Source: an uncultured Planctomycetota bacterium (GTDB taxonomy: Bacteria > Planctomycetota > Planctomycetia > Isosphaerales > Isosphaeraceae). Taken from it: a DNA stretch of 64,000 bases. Within the stretch, counting starts at the first letter, position 1; each line of letters opens with the position of its first letter. Positions 23,463 to 34,107 of the stretch are shown piece after piece. The translations under genes were made by a program, and so were the position numbers. The stretch spans positions 3,008,001-3,072,000 of the forward strand of contig CAVTTN010000002.1 of the NCBI GenBank assembly GCA_963737655.1, given 5' to 3'. The notes under the pieces were generated by a model, which saw only the letters and a program-made list of their open reading frames with translations, was not told where the DNA came from and did not search any database.

Positions 23463-23945
23463 ATGACGATGCCCACGTTCCCCGAAGTCCGCGTGGCGGC
23501 GGTGGCGATCACCCGAGGCGACGAGTTCCTGACGACCTTCAACGGCCGGTGGGGCGGGTTCACCTTGCCGATGAGCAAGAGGCGGACCTGGAGCGACCCG
23601 CAGGTGCCGGGGTCGGAGCGGCACGAGGAAGCCGGCGACGCCGCCATCCGCGCCTCGGCCGAGGCCCTGGGCCGGCCCCTCGGGCCCGACGACCGGCTGG
23701 AGAGGCTGGAACTGATGGAGCTCGAACCGTACCACCAGTCCAACCGCGACGGGGCCTGGAAGAGCTACCGCTTCGAGGTCTTCCGGCTCCGGTTGGCGGC
23801 CGATACCCGGCCCTCGGTCGCGCCCGGGGCGATCTTCGCCTGGCTGTCGCTCGACGCGATGAGGGAGTCTCGGCCGGTCTCGCCCACGGCGATCCGGCTC
23901 GCCGAGGCGATCCGAGGGGCCGCGGTGCTCCGGGGCGAGGTCTGA
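23463..23945 (+). CDS. Nudix-fold protein with degenerate Nudix box
   Basis: VAAVAITRGDEFL...WGGFTLP...EEAGDAAIRASAEALG; the REUXEE motif is not intact. Confidence 0.6.
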   Translation: MTMPTFPEVRVAAVAITRGDEFLTTFNGRWGGFTLPMSKRRTWSDPQVPGSERHEEAGDAAIRASAEALGRPLGPDDRLERLELMELEPYHQSNRDGAWKSYRFEVFRLRLAADTRPSVAPGAIFAWLSLDAMRESRPVSPTAIRLAEAIRGAAVLRGEV

Positions 23946-23984
23946 GCGTCGAATCCACCTCTCCGGGACATCGGGTGACACGTC

Positions 23985-24437
23985 ATGAGAACGTCCGAAG
24001 CCGCCCTGGCCGCGATCCGAAACCGGCCGGGCGGCGAAACCTTGTGGCTGGCCCGCTGGAACGAGGCGTGGGGCGCGTTCCACTTCGTCGGCGGCCACCG
24101 CCTCGACGGCGAATCGTTCCGCGACTGCCTGACCCGCGAGCTGTTCGAGGAACTCGGGCTGAGCGAGGGGGCCGATTTCACGGTCGGGACCGCGCCGCCG
24201 GTTCGGTTCGATTACGTCGGCTGGTCGCGCCGGGCCCAGGCCGAGACCCGCTATCGGATCGAGATGTTCCCCGTCGATCTCCGCGAGCCCGACGGCCGGG
24301 CGATCGCGAGTCGGACGATGACTCGCTGGCTCGATCGTGAGACAATGGACCGAGGCCGATGCGTCGATGGCCTGCCCGTCAGCCCGACGATGGGACTCCT
24401 GATCGCCAAGGCCAAATGGACCGAGACGGCCCCCTGA
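23985..24437 (+). CDS. Nudix hydrolase
   Basis: Canonical box G-HRLDG-E-SFRDCLT-RELFEELGL. Confidence 0.88.
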   Translation: MRTSEAALAAIRNRPGGETLWLARWNEAWGAFHFVGGHRLDGESFRDCLTRELFEELGLSEGADFTVGTAPPVRFDYVGWSRRAQAETRYRIEMFPVDLREPDGRAIASRTMTRWLDRETMDRGRCVDGLPVSPTMGLLIAKAKWTETAP

Positions 24438-24453
24438 CGAGGAGCCCGCGACG

Positions 24454-27400
24454 ATGTTCGACGACGACCGACCGCCGATCCTCCACGACCTCTTCGTGAG
24501 TTACGCCCACATCGACGACCAGGGCGAGAACGCCGGCCACGTCTCGGCCCTCGTCTCCGCCATCGAGGCCGATTACCGACGCTTCGCCGGCTCGCCGTTG
24601 CGCGTGTTTTTCGATCGCGACGAGATCCGGGCGATGGACGACTGGGAAGGCCGGATCTTGACGGGCTTGCGGCACTCCAAGATGATGGTGGCGATCCTTT
24701 CGCCCTCCTATTTCGCCAGCGCCTATTGCCGGAAGGAATGGGAATACTACGTCGAGACCGAGCTGGCCCATGCCTTACCCGGCGATGGGATCGCGCCGAT
24801 TTATATTCTGACTCACCCGAGCTTCGATGCCGATCCGGTCGAGGAAACGCTCCGCCGCTGGGTCCACGACCTTCGGAAGCGGCAGTACATCGACTGGAAG
24901 GACTTCTGGCCCCACGGCTACAGGGCCCTGGAGCGGGAGGACGTCCGCCGGAGGCTGGACCACCTTCCCGGCCAGATCGCCGAGCGGTTGAAACGGTCGA
25001 AGATCCGTCAAGAAAGCCCTCACACCGTCCCCCTGCCGAGCGAGCATTTCGTCGGCCGTCGCGACGAGATGCAGACGCTTCGGCACGACCTGATCCGCCG
25101 TCAAATCGGCGCGATCACGGCCCTCCACGGCATCGCGGGCATTGGCAAGAGCATGCTGGCGTTCGCGTATGCGTGGGGCTACGGCTACGAGTATCCCGGG
25201 GGCCGGTTCCTGATCCAGGCGGCGAACCTGGGAGACCTCGCCTCGGGCGTGATCGCCCTGGCCGAGCGGAAGGGCGTGACGCTCTCCGAGGCCGAGCTGC
25301 GAAGTCCCGATTTGGCTCTCGATCGGGTCAAGAAGGCGTTCGAGGAAGGCCCGGCGGCGCTGATCGTGATCGACAACGTGGACGATCCGGCCTTGCTGGA
25401 CGTCCAGGCGCGGGAGCGGGCGTTGCCCCGGGGGGATCATATCCACGTCCTGGTGACGACTCGCGTATCACCGGAAAACCTGCCTCGCATCCATTGCCTG
25501 CCGCTCGACTCCCTCGAACCGCAGGACGCCCTGAGCCTCCTGAACGAGTTCCGCCCGATCGCCGACTCGCCCCAGGACGACGAATGGAAGGCCGCCCTGG
25601 AGATCGTCCGCCGCCTCGACGGCCACGCTCTGGCCCTGGAGGTGGTGGCGGTCTCGCTCCGCGAGCATCCCGAGGTGTCCTATCGCGAGATGGCCCGGTC
25701 TCTGGAAGAAAACGGCATCTCGCTCCTGGAGGAAGACCTCGGCCCGAGGCGAGGGGCAAGCTCACCTGGCACCGCGAAACCTGCATCGGCAAGCTGCTCG
25801 AACCGACCTGGAATTCGCTCTCGGACGAGGAGAGGAGGGCCGTCGAATACGCCGCGATGCTGCCGCCCGACAACGTGCCGCTCCCCTGGCTCCGCGAACT
25901 GCTCCTCAAGGACTTCCCCACGCTCGCCCAGAGCCGGATCGGCGACCCGATCGCCCGCCTCTTCCAGAAGCTCGAACGCCTCCGCCTGATCGTCGCCACC
26001 GGCCGAGATCGCCAGGACCAACCCCAACCCTCCACCGCCCCCACCCAAACCCGAATTGCCCGGATGCACCGGCTCGTCGGCGACGTGATCCGCCGACAAC
26101 TGGGGAGGGTTGAGGAAACGGCGCGGGAAGAGGTGGTCCACAAGTTCGCCTACGGCCGGGCCGAATGGATCAAGGCGAACTGGGGCAAGGCTGGCCTGGG
26201 CTGGGAAGTGCCGCCTTTGCGTGAGGTGACCCTCGGTCTGATCGACCGAGTCGAGTATCGCGGCGTTTACATGGGAGATTGCATCTCAACGGCATTACTC
26301 CACAGCGGAAGGATGTTCGAGGCCATCTCGCTCTGTCGTCGATCTTCGGAGGCCCTGAAAAAGCTTCTTGATGCAGAACCCGAAAGCAATTTTTACTCCC
26401 GTGAACTGTCAGTGACCTACAACAAGCTGGGCGACCTGGCGCGTTCGTCGGGCGACGCGGCCGGGGCGCGTCGGTACTACGAGGACGGCCTGGCGATCCG
26501 GCGGCGGCTGTCCGACGGCGCGCCCGAGAGCGCCGACTACGCCCGCGACCTGTCGGTCAGCTACAACAAGCTGGGCGACCTGGCGGTGTCGTCGGGCGAC
26601 GCGGCCGGGGCGCGTCGGTACTACGAGGACGGCCTGGCGATCCGGCGGCGTCTGTCGGAGGGCGCGCCCGAGAGCGCCGACTACGCCCGCGACCTGTCGA
26701 TCAGCTACGATCGGCTGGGCGACCTGGCGCGTTCGTCGGGCGACGCGGCCGGGGCGCGGCGGTACTACGAGGACGGCCTGGCGATCCGGCGGCGGCTGTC
26801 CGACGGCGCGCCCGAGAGCGCCGACTACGCCCGCGACCTGTCGGTCAGCTACAACAGGCTGGGCGACCTGGCGCGTTCGTCGGGCGACGCGGCCGGGGCG
26901 CGGCGGTACTACGAGGACGACCTGGCGATCGCGCGGCGGCTGTCCGACGGCGCGCCCGAGAGCGCCGACTACGCCCGCGACCTGTCGGTCAGCTACGATC
27001 GGCTGGGCGACCTGGCGCGTTCGTCGGGCGACGCGGCCGGGGCGCGGCGGTACTACGAGGACGGCCTGGCGATCCGGCGGCGGCTGTCCGACGGCGCGCC
27101 CGAGAGCGCCGACTACGCCCGCGACCTGTCGGTCAGCTACGATCGGCTGGGCGACCTGGCGCGTTCGTCGGGCGACGCGGCCGGGGCGCGGCGGTACTAC
27201 GAGGACGGCCTGGCGATCCGGCGGCGTCTGTCGGAGGGCGCTCCCGAGAGCGCCGACTACGCCCGCGACCTGTCGATCAGCTACAGCAAGCTGGGCGACC
27301 TGGCGCGTTCGTCGGGCGACGCGGCCGGGGCGCGGCGGTACTACGAGGACGGCCTGGCGATCGCTCGGCGTCTGTCGGAGGGCGCTCCCGAGAGCGCCGA

Positions 27401-27887
27401 CTACGCCCGCGACCTGTCGATCAGCTACAACAAGCTGGGCGACCTGGCGCGTTCGTCGGGCGACGCGGCCGGGGCGCGGCGGTACTACGAGGACGGCCTG
27501 GCGATCCGGCGGCGGCTGTCCGACGGCGCGCCCGAGAGCGCCGACTACGCCCGCGACCTGTCGGTCAGCTACAACAGGCTGGGCGACCTGGCGCGTTCGT
27601 CGGGCGACGCGGCCGGGGCGCGGCGGTACTACGAGGACGACCTGGCGATCGCGCGGCGGCTGTCTGACGGCGCGCCCGAGAGCGCCGAGTACGCCCGCGA
27701 CCTGTGGGTTTCCTACAGCAAGATGGCCCTTCTTGCCGAGAATGCCGGGGATTCGGCCGGGGCGCTGGCCTGGTGGCGGCGGGTTTGGGAGACGTTGACC
27801 GACATGAAACGGCGGGGGATGCACATCTCGCCCGGGGATGAGGCTTATCGACAGGGCTTGGAGGATCGCTTCGGATTTGGCCGGTGA
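24454..27887 (+). CDS. TIR - NB-ARC (STAND) - TPR NLR-like protein (frameshift near 25745)
   Basis: TIR LFVSYAH..VFFDR..ILSPSYFASAYCRKEW; FVGR, Walker A GIAGIGKS, Walker B LIVIDNVD, LVTTR, GHALAL, MHRLV; 48-aa TPR array. Confidence 0.9.
26394..27689 (+). repeat. Nine tandem 144-bp (48-aa) TPR units
   Basis: Unit YARDLS[VI]SY[NDS][KR]LGDLARSSGDAAGARRYYED[GD]LAI[RA]RRLS[DE]GAPESAD, in register from 26394 to 27689. Confidence 0.97.
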
Positions 27888-28086
27888 GGGATCGTTCTGA
27901 GCGTGCCCGGAGGGGGTAGGACGGAGCGGTCCCGTCGTTTCCTGGTGGGATGGCATCTCAGTCGGGCAGGCCCTGGCCTGCCTGGCCTTGCGACGACGGC
28001 AGGCCGGGGACTGCTTGGCGGGAAATGGCTGAGTCCCGGCCGATTTTGGACGGTTGATGCGTTATGTTCTCCGGGGAGTTCCGACC

Positions 28087-29564
28087 ATGCCGGTCTTCTG
28101 GACGATCCGGGCTCAGCGGCACTTGCGGCAGGCGTTGGCCGAGGAGCTGGGGCGCGAATTTGCCCCGGCGAGGCCGGTTTCCTCGGCGGGTGAGGTGGGA
28201 GGGAGTTGCCCTGGGGTCCTGGAGGGGCGGATGAGGCACCTCAATGCCATGCTGGCCGAGGCGTTCGGCCAGGCGACCGTCGTGGTCAAGGACCAGGTGA
28301 TCGGCTATCGCCGCAAGAAGGATCGATTCACCCTGATGGTGGACGTTTTCGACCCCAAAACCGCCGCGCCCCTCGGCTCGTTCGTCGTCAAGATCGGCCC
28401 CGAGGACGAGATTCGCGAAGAGGTCCGGGGCTGGGACTGCTGCCGGCCCCCCGGATTGCGGCATGACCTGGTTCTGCTCACGCTCGAACCGAGGGAACCC
28501 GTCGATCATGAAGGCCGGTCGTGGATGTGCCTCGTGTACGGCGACGCCCAGCAGTTCCTCGGGGTGGCCGAGACCCGCCCGTTCGAAGACGTGATGCTCG
28601 AATGCGTCCGCGACGGCGTGCCCAAGCTGCTGTCGATCCATGTCGTGATCGGCGAGCTTTACGACCGGATCGGCCACTTGCTCTATGGTCAAGCCTTCAT
28701 CGACAACCCCGCCCACGCCGACTACGTTCTGGATGTCCCCCGGCTCGACGACGGGCTGAAGGCGTGGGAGGTCGATCCGGCCTGCCAGGCCGCCCGCCGA
28801 GACGCGAGCGTGGTCCAGGGAAAAGTTCCCTATCTCGACCCGGTCGATTACCTCCGCTACGTGCAGAAGTATTCGGCCCATCGCGACGGCCGGGGAAACG
28901 TCGTCCCCCGCGCCAGCCCGATGCCCCGAAGCCGGGCGATTTACCGGCCCCGTTCCCGGTCCCGAGGGTCGTCGATGTCGTGCCGAGGATGCTTCGCGGT
29001 TGCGCTCATGGCGACCTCCACGGCCGGAATATCCTGGTGGGGATCGTCCGCGACCAGGCGATGTGGCCGACGGTGTTCGACTACGAAGACATGGGGCCGC
29101 GGAACCTGATCGGCTGGGACTTCGTGAAGTTGGAGACCGAGATGAAGGTCCGGGCCTATCCCGACGTCTTCCGGGGCAAGGAGCCGATCCCGTTCGCCCA
29201 GGCGATCCGCGAGTTCGAGGCCGACCTGGACGCCCGGACCGAGACATGCCACCTGACCCGCTCGTGGCCCGAGCCGGATGACCCGACCCTGGCCGCCGAT
29301 CGATTAAGGTCGATCCTCCTCGCGATCCGCCGGATGGCCTCGCAGCACCTGGGGATGATCCACGGGCGCCCGAACGACTGGCTGGAAGAGTACTATTTCC
29401 TCCTGGTCTGCTACGGGGTGATCACCGCGAGGTTCGAGAACCTCCAGCATCGCGAACGGATCGGGGCCCTGATCTCGGCCGGGGTGGCGGCGGCCCGATT
29501 GAGCTGGCCCCGGGCCGTCGAGCTGGCCGAACTCAAGCTCCCGCCGCCGACCGACCCCGAATGA
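28087..29564 (+). CDS. APH/phosphotransferase-fold kinase, TCAD9-like (frameshift near 28908)
   Basis: FVVKIG..EIREE, HGDLHGRNILV, VFDYEDM, WDFVKLETE; GGGGAG RBS. Confidence 0.75.
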
Positions 29565-29618
29565 GGCCGTCGAAAACCGCGAAGGGCCACGGCGGCCCGT
29601 CGGACCCGAGGAGTCCTG

Positions 29619-30446
29619 GTGATGAATGCGAATAACCCGCCCTGGATCGATGCCGTCCTCCGGGCCCCCTTCCCCAGCTACCGCGCCCCGATGGCGCTGG
29701 CCGGCGAGCTCGGCCGATCGGGCCGGGCCGACTCCCGCGCCCAGGCCATCACGCTCTTGAAGGCGCTCGCCGAGCGATATCCCTATGCCCTGGCGATCCG
29801 CCAGGAGCTCGTCTTCGTGATGATGGAGGCGAACGAGGACGTCGAGCTGATCCTCCACCGGCTCGAACGGGAATTCGCCAACCTCGATGAGGAGACCCTG
29901 TGCCGCTGGGGCCGCCTCTTCAAGGAGAAGGGCGATGGCCTGGCCCGGACGCTCCAGCCGGACCAGGCGGAACGATACTACCGGAAGTCCCTGGAAAAGT
30001 ACGATCGAGCCTATCGGATCCGCGACGGCCATTACCCGGCGATCAACAAGGCGACGCTCCTCCTGATCGTCGGGTCGCTCCGGCCGTTATCGCCCGGGGC
30101 ATCCGAGCCTTCGGAGTGCCTCGAATCGGCAAAGCTGGCGGAGAAGATCCTCACGAGTCGCGGTTCCTGGCGGGCCGAGCTCCCGGCCGATGAGGCGATC
30201 TGGTTCCCCGCGACCGAGGCGGAGGCCCACCTGCTCCGCCGGGAATGGGCCGAGGCGGCAGTCCTCTATCGCCATGTCCTGGACCAGGATGCGCTGAATC
30301 CGCACTCGCGGGCGACCATGCATCGCCAGGTCGAGCGAATCCTAAGCTGCTTCCGCAACCTGAACGTCCCGCCGGCGCCCCCGTTCGACGACCCCGGGAC
30401 GTTATTCGGGGCCGAGGCCGGTCTGGACCCGTTGGCCTCCTCGTGA
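29619..30446 (+). CDS. TPR-S / MAP3K TRAFs-binding (DUF4071)-like TPR protein
   Basis: EETLCRWGRLFKE..YDRAY..HYPAINKATLLL..WFPATEAEAHLL..AAVLY pattern. Confidence 0.72.
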   Translation: MMNANNPPWIDAVLRAPFPSYRAPMALAGELGRSGRADSRAQAITLLKALAERYPYALAIRQELVFVMMEANEDVELILHRLEREFANLDEETLCRWGRLFKEKGDGLARTLQPDQAERYYRKSLEKYDRAYRIRDGHYPAINKATLLLIVGSLRPLSPGASEPSECLESAKLAEKILTSRGSWRAELPADEAIWFPATEAEAHLLRREWAEAAVLYRHVLDQDALNPHSRATMHRQVERILSCFRNLNVPPAPPFDDPGTLFGAEAGLDPLASS

Positions 30447-30471
30447 ATCCTCTGGGATACAGGATCTGCTC

Positions 30472-30765
30472 ATGTCGTATCGTCCTCAGCCCATCGATAC
30501 CTCGAAGACCGAGCTGCCCGATTCGCTCGTCGCCCTGACGGAGCGGCTGGCGGAGAACACGCACGACGTCTGGGCCGCGCATCGACTGTCCGAGGGCTGG
30601 TCGCTCGGTCCTCGTCGCGACGACGCCTCGAAGACCCATCCGTGCCTGGTCCCGTACGCCGATCTGCCCGAGTCCGAGAAGCAGTATGACCGTCAGACGG
30701 CGATCGAGACGCTCAAGGCGGTGCTCGTCCTGGGCTATGCGATCGTCCCGAGGCTGGAGGATTGA
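30472..30765 (+). CDS. Standalone RyR (ryanodine receptor repeat) domain protein
   Basis: YRPQPIDTS..L..LTERLAENTHDVWA..R..EGW..G..RDD..KTHPCLVPYADLPESEKQYDR..A.ETLK..GY.I. Confidence 0.93.
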   Translation: MSYRPQPIDTSKTELPDSLVALTERLAENTHDVWAAHRLSEGWSLGPRRDDASKTHPCLVPYADLPESEKQYDRQTAIETLKAVLVLGYAIVPRLED

Positions 30766-32613
30766 TCGATGACCGAGACGACGGCGGCCCCGGGCCCCGG
30801 AGGTGGCCCCACGCGATCGATTACCACTTCGCGAACCTCCTCCGAAGGCTGGGCGGGGCGTGGTTCCCGTCGCTCGTCGCCCTGGCGATCCTCGCGCTGG
30901 CCCTGGGCTGCTGGGGCTACCACGAATTCGCCGTTCAGAACCGGAAGGTGCCCTCGGCCACGATCACGCTCTACCGGTCCTTGCAACTCTTCGCCCTGGA
31001 AATGCCCGAGACGGAGACCGAATACCCGCTGGCCCTGGACGTGGCCCGGTTCCTCGCGGCGTTCGTCTCGTTCTCGGCGGTCCTGGGCGTCCTGGGGACG
31101 ATCTTCGAGGCCAGGGTCCAGGCCGCCCGGCTCTGGGTCCTGGGGAGGCATCACGTGGTCCTCTGCGGCCTGGGCGAGAAGGGGGCCGAGCTCGTCCAGG
31201 TCCTCAGGAAGGACCGGCATTTCGTCGTGGTCATCGAGCCGGACGCGACTCACGAAGACCTGTCGAGATGCCGGGCCCTTGGGGCCGTCGTCCTGACCGG
31301 CAACCCGACCGACTCCTGGCGTCTCAAGAAGGCGAGGGTCCATCGGGCCGACGTGCTGATGGCGATCGTCCCGGGAGACGACCGGCTGAACGTCGAGACG
31401 GCGATTCTCGCCCATGCGATCTGCCGGAGCCCTCGCCATGGAACGCTGACGTGCGTCCTCCAGGTCTCCGACCCGGACCTCACCACGGTGGTCCGCAAGC
31501 ACCCGATGGCGACCGAAGGGGGCGACGGCTTCGACCTCCAGCCGTTCCGCATCGACGATGCCTGCGCCCAGGCCATGCTCCGCGAGGCCCTGGTCGGCGG
31601 CCGGGCGCAAGTCCCGGGCGGATCCTGGTCGTCGGCATCGGTCCGGGAGCCAGGATGGGCGAGAGGCTGATCCTCAGGGCCGCCAAGGACTGGCACCTGG
31701 AGAATCCCGACGGGCCGAAGCTGCAGATCGACGTCCTGAGCCCCGGGGCGACCGTCGAGACGGAGAGGATGCGGACCTCGTACCCGCCTCTGGACCTCGC
31801 CTGCGAGCTCCGACCCCACGACGTGGCCCCGGAGCCGCTCTCATTCGTCGAGACGTTGGATCGAATCCACGGGGCCCGCTCCTCGTCGCGGCGTTCGTTG
31901 GCCTGGACGACGAGGGCGCCGCCCTGATTGCCGCGGACCGGCTCCGCGATGCCCTGCCCAAACTCGTCCCGGTCATCGTCCGGACGATCGAGAGGGATGC
32001 CGGCCTCGGCGCCCTGATCCGGGAACGAGGCGCCGAGGGGCTGATCGCCGTCGGCTCCAAGGACCGCGCGTTTCATCTCGCCGCGTCGCTCCGGCCGGTC
32101 CAGGAACTTCTCGCGCAAGCCGTCCACCACGAGTACCACCGCCACCAGGGCGGCCCGTCGAGCCCCTCCGGGAGCTGAGAAACCGGCCGTTCGCTTCTGG
32201 GAAGACCTCGACGAGGACTATCGCGAAGCCAGTCGAGCCCAGGCGCGCGACATCGCCCGGAAGCTCGGCCTGATCGGTCTCCGCGCCGTCACGTCTCCCG
32301 AGGGTTTTTTCCCCCTCCATCAGTTTCGGGAGGACGAGATCGAACGCCTCGCTCGAGATGAGCACGATCGCTGGTGCCAGGAGCGGAGGAGCCGGGGCTG
32401 GACCTACGGCGAAATTCGCGACAACCGAAAGAAGCTCCACCCCAACCTGCTCCCCTGGGACGATCCCCGCATCACCGAGCCCGTGAAGGAGATCGACCGC
32501 AACGCGATCCGTCGCCTCCCGGCGATCCTCGCCCGAGCGGATTACCAGATCGTGCGGATCGGCCCCGCGCCCGGCCCGACGAGCCTGGGGCGTTCGAGTC
32601 TCGGGAGAAATGA
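30762..32613 (+). CDS. Membrane channel-like protein: TM / pore-like helix / TM, TrkA-N (RCK) domains, C-terminal RyR domain (frameshifts near 31612, 31872, 32165 and probably 32570)
   Basis: TM helices flanking LYRSLQLFALE; HVVLCGLGEKG..VVVIE; RILVVGIG..MGERL; frame read by hand WEDLDEDYREASRAQA..EIERLARDEHDRWCQERRSRGWTYGEIRDNRKKLHPNLLPWDD; 3' end uncertain. Confidence 0.78.
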
Positions 32614-32638
32614 GATCGGTTTGGTGGGGTTGCATCGA

Positions 32639-33910
32639 TCACCCGCCTCGCGTCAGGTCGAGAAAGACGATCGAGGAAGGATTTCCGACCGGTGTATAGC
32701 TCCCGGTGAATTTCAGGTGGCCGGTTGTGCGATCCACGAGAAAACTCGTGATGTTGTCTCCTCTCTGATTGCAGCAGAAGAGGAATCGTCCGGACGGATC
32801 GAACGAGAAGCTCCGCGGATAATCGCCCCGGGTCCATTCCTCGCCGGCGAATGTCAACTCGCCGTCGGGGCCGATGGAGAAGAAGGAAATGCTGTCATGG
32901 AGCCGATTCCCCGCGTACACGAATCGTCCGTCGGGGGAGACCAGGACCTCCGAGCAGAAGTTACTGCCCTGGAAGCCCGGGGGGAGGCTGGAGATCGTCC
33001 GCCGATGCGTGAGGCGCCCCGTCGCGGCCTCGAAATCGAAGAGGGCGATGGTCGAGGCTTCCTCCTGGATCGAATAGAACCAACGGCCGTTGGGGTGAAA
33101 GTGAAAATGTCTGGGCCCGTCGCCGGGAGGGAGGGTCACCTGGGGCGTTCCCGCCGGTTTCAGGAGGCCGGCTCGCTCGTCGAACCTCCAGACGAAGAGA
33201 CGGTCGAGCCCCAGGTCCGCATGGATCGCGAAACGGCCGGAGGGGTCGGCCTGGATCATGTGAGCGTGCGTTCGGTCGTGGCCGCTGAACGCGAAGCTGC
33301 CCGGCGGGGCCCCCGACGCTCGCGCGGGGCCGATCTCGCCGACATCGTGCTTGACGTCGGTGGGATCGCCCAGGCGGCCGTCGGGCCGGACGGGCAAAAC
33401 GGCGACGGAGCCGCCGAAATAGTTCGCCACGAGGACGAACCGACCCGAGGAGTGGACGGACACGTAAGTTGGGCCGGCGCCCCCGGAGCGAACCGAGTTG
33501 AGCGGCGTCAAGCGGCCATTCACCCGATCGATGGCGAAGGCTCCGACCGTGCCCTCCGCATCGTCGCCAACCCGATCGGTCTCATTGGCCGAATAGAGGC
33601 GCGTCCCCTCGGGATTCAGGGCGAGGCAGCTTGGGCTGGTGCCCATCTCGAGGACGCCGGAGGCCGTCATCGCCCCGGTTGAACGATCGACCCGAAAGAG
33701 ATGGATGCCGCGTCCGTTGCCGGGGGGCAGGTCCACCTGGGTCCGGGGAACGTCTCGGAGAGGCGAGCTGAAGGTTCCGACGTAGGCGACCCACGGCGGA
33801 CCGTTCTCGTCCGCTCCGGCGGGGAGCCCGGGATCGACCAGCGGGGCCGTCGCCGCCAGCGCGGTGGAGGCCCGAAGAAACGAGCGACGCGACCGGTCCG
33901 ATGAAGTCAT
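32639..33910 (-). CDS. Tat-exported lactonase (6-phosphogluconolactonase / cycloisomerase 2 family)
   Basis: SRRSFL; YVGT, VLVANYFGGSV, HAHMI, PGDGPRHFHFHP, YPRSF. Confidence 0.9.
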   Translation of the reverse strand: MTSSDRSRRSFLRASTALAATAPLVDPGLPAGADENGPPWVAYVGTFSSPLRDVPRTQVDLPPGNGRGIHLFRVDRSTGAMTASGVLEMGTSPSCLALNPEGTRLYSANETDRVGDDAEGTVGAFAIDRVNGRLTPLNSVRSGGAGPTYVSVHSSGRFVLVANYFGGSVAVLPVRPDGRLGDPTDVKHDVGEIGPARASGAPPGSFAFSGHDRTHAHMIQADPSGRFAIHADLGLDRLFVWRFDERAGLLKPAGTPQVTLPPGDGPRHFHFHPNGRWFYSIQEEASTIALFDFEAATGRLTHRRTISSLPPGFQGSNFCSEVLVSPDGRFVYAGNRLHDSISFFSIGPDGELTFAGEEWTRGDYPRSFSFDPSGRFLFCCNQRGDNITSFLVDRTTGHLKFTGSYTPVGNPSSIVFLDLTRGG

Positions 33911-34107
33911 GGGGATCGGTGTTCCTTGGAAGAGCGGGAATCCGACGGACCGAGCCTCATGATAATCGATCGGTTCGGGGCGTGCGTGAGGGGGTCGGCC
34001 GACCGAGGAGAGGGCGGCGATTGCTCCAACGACGCGGGGCCCCTCGGCAGCCGATGCGGCGCCGAGGGGCCCCGGGAAAGAGCGATCTGGCGGAGGGACG
34101 CCCCGGC

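Noticed and set aside
26394..27689. CRISPR array
   Set aside because: Contiguous in-frame coding repeats with no unique spacers and no cas genes
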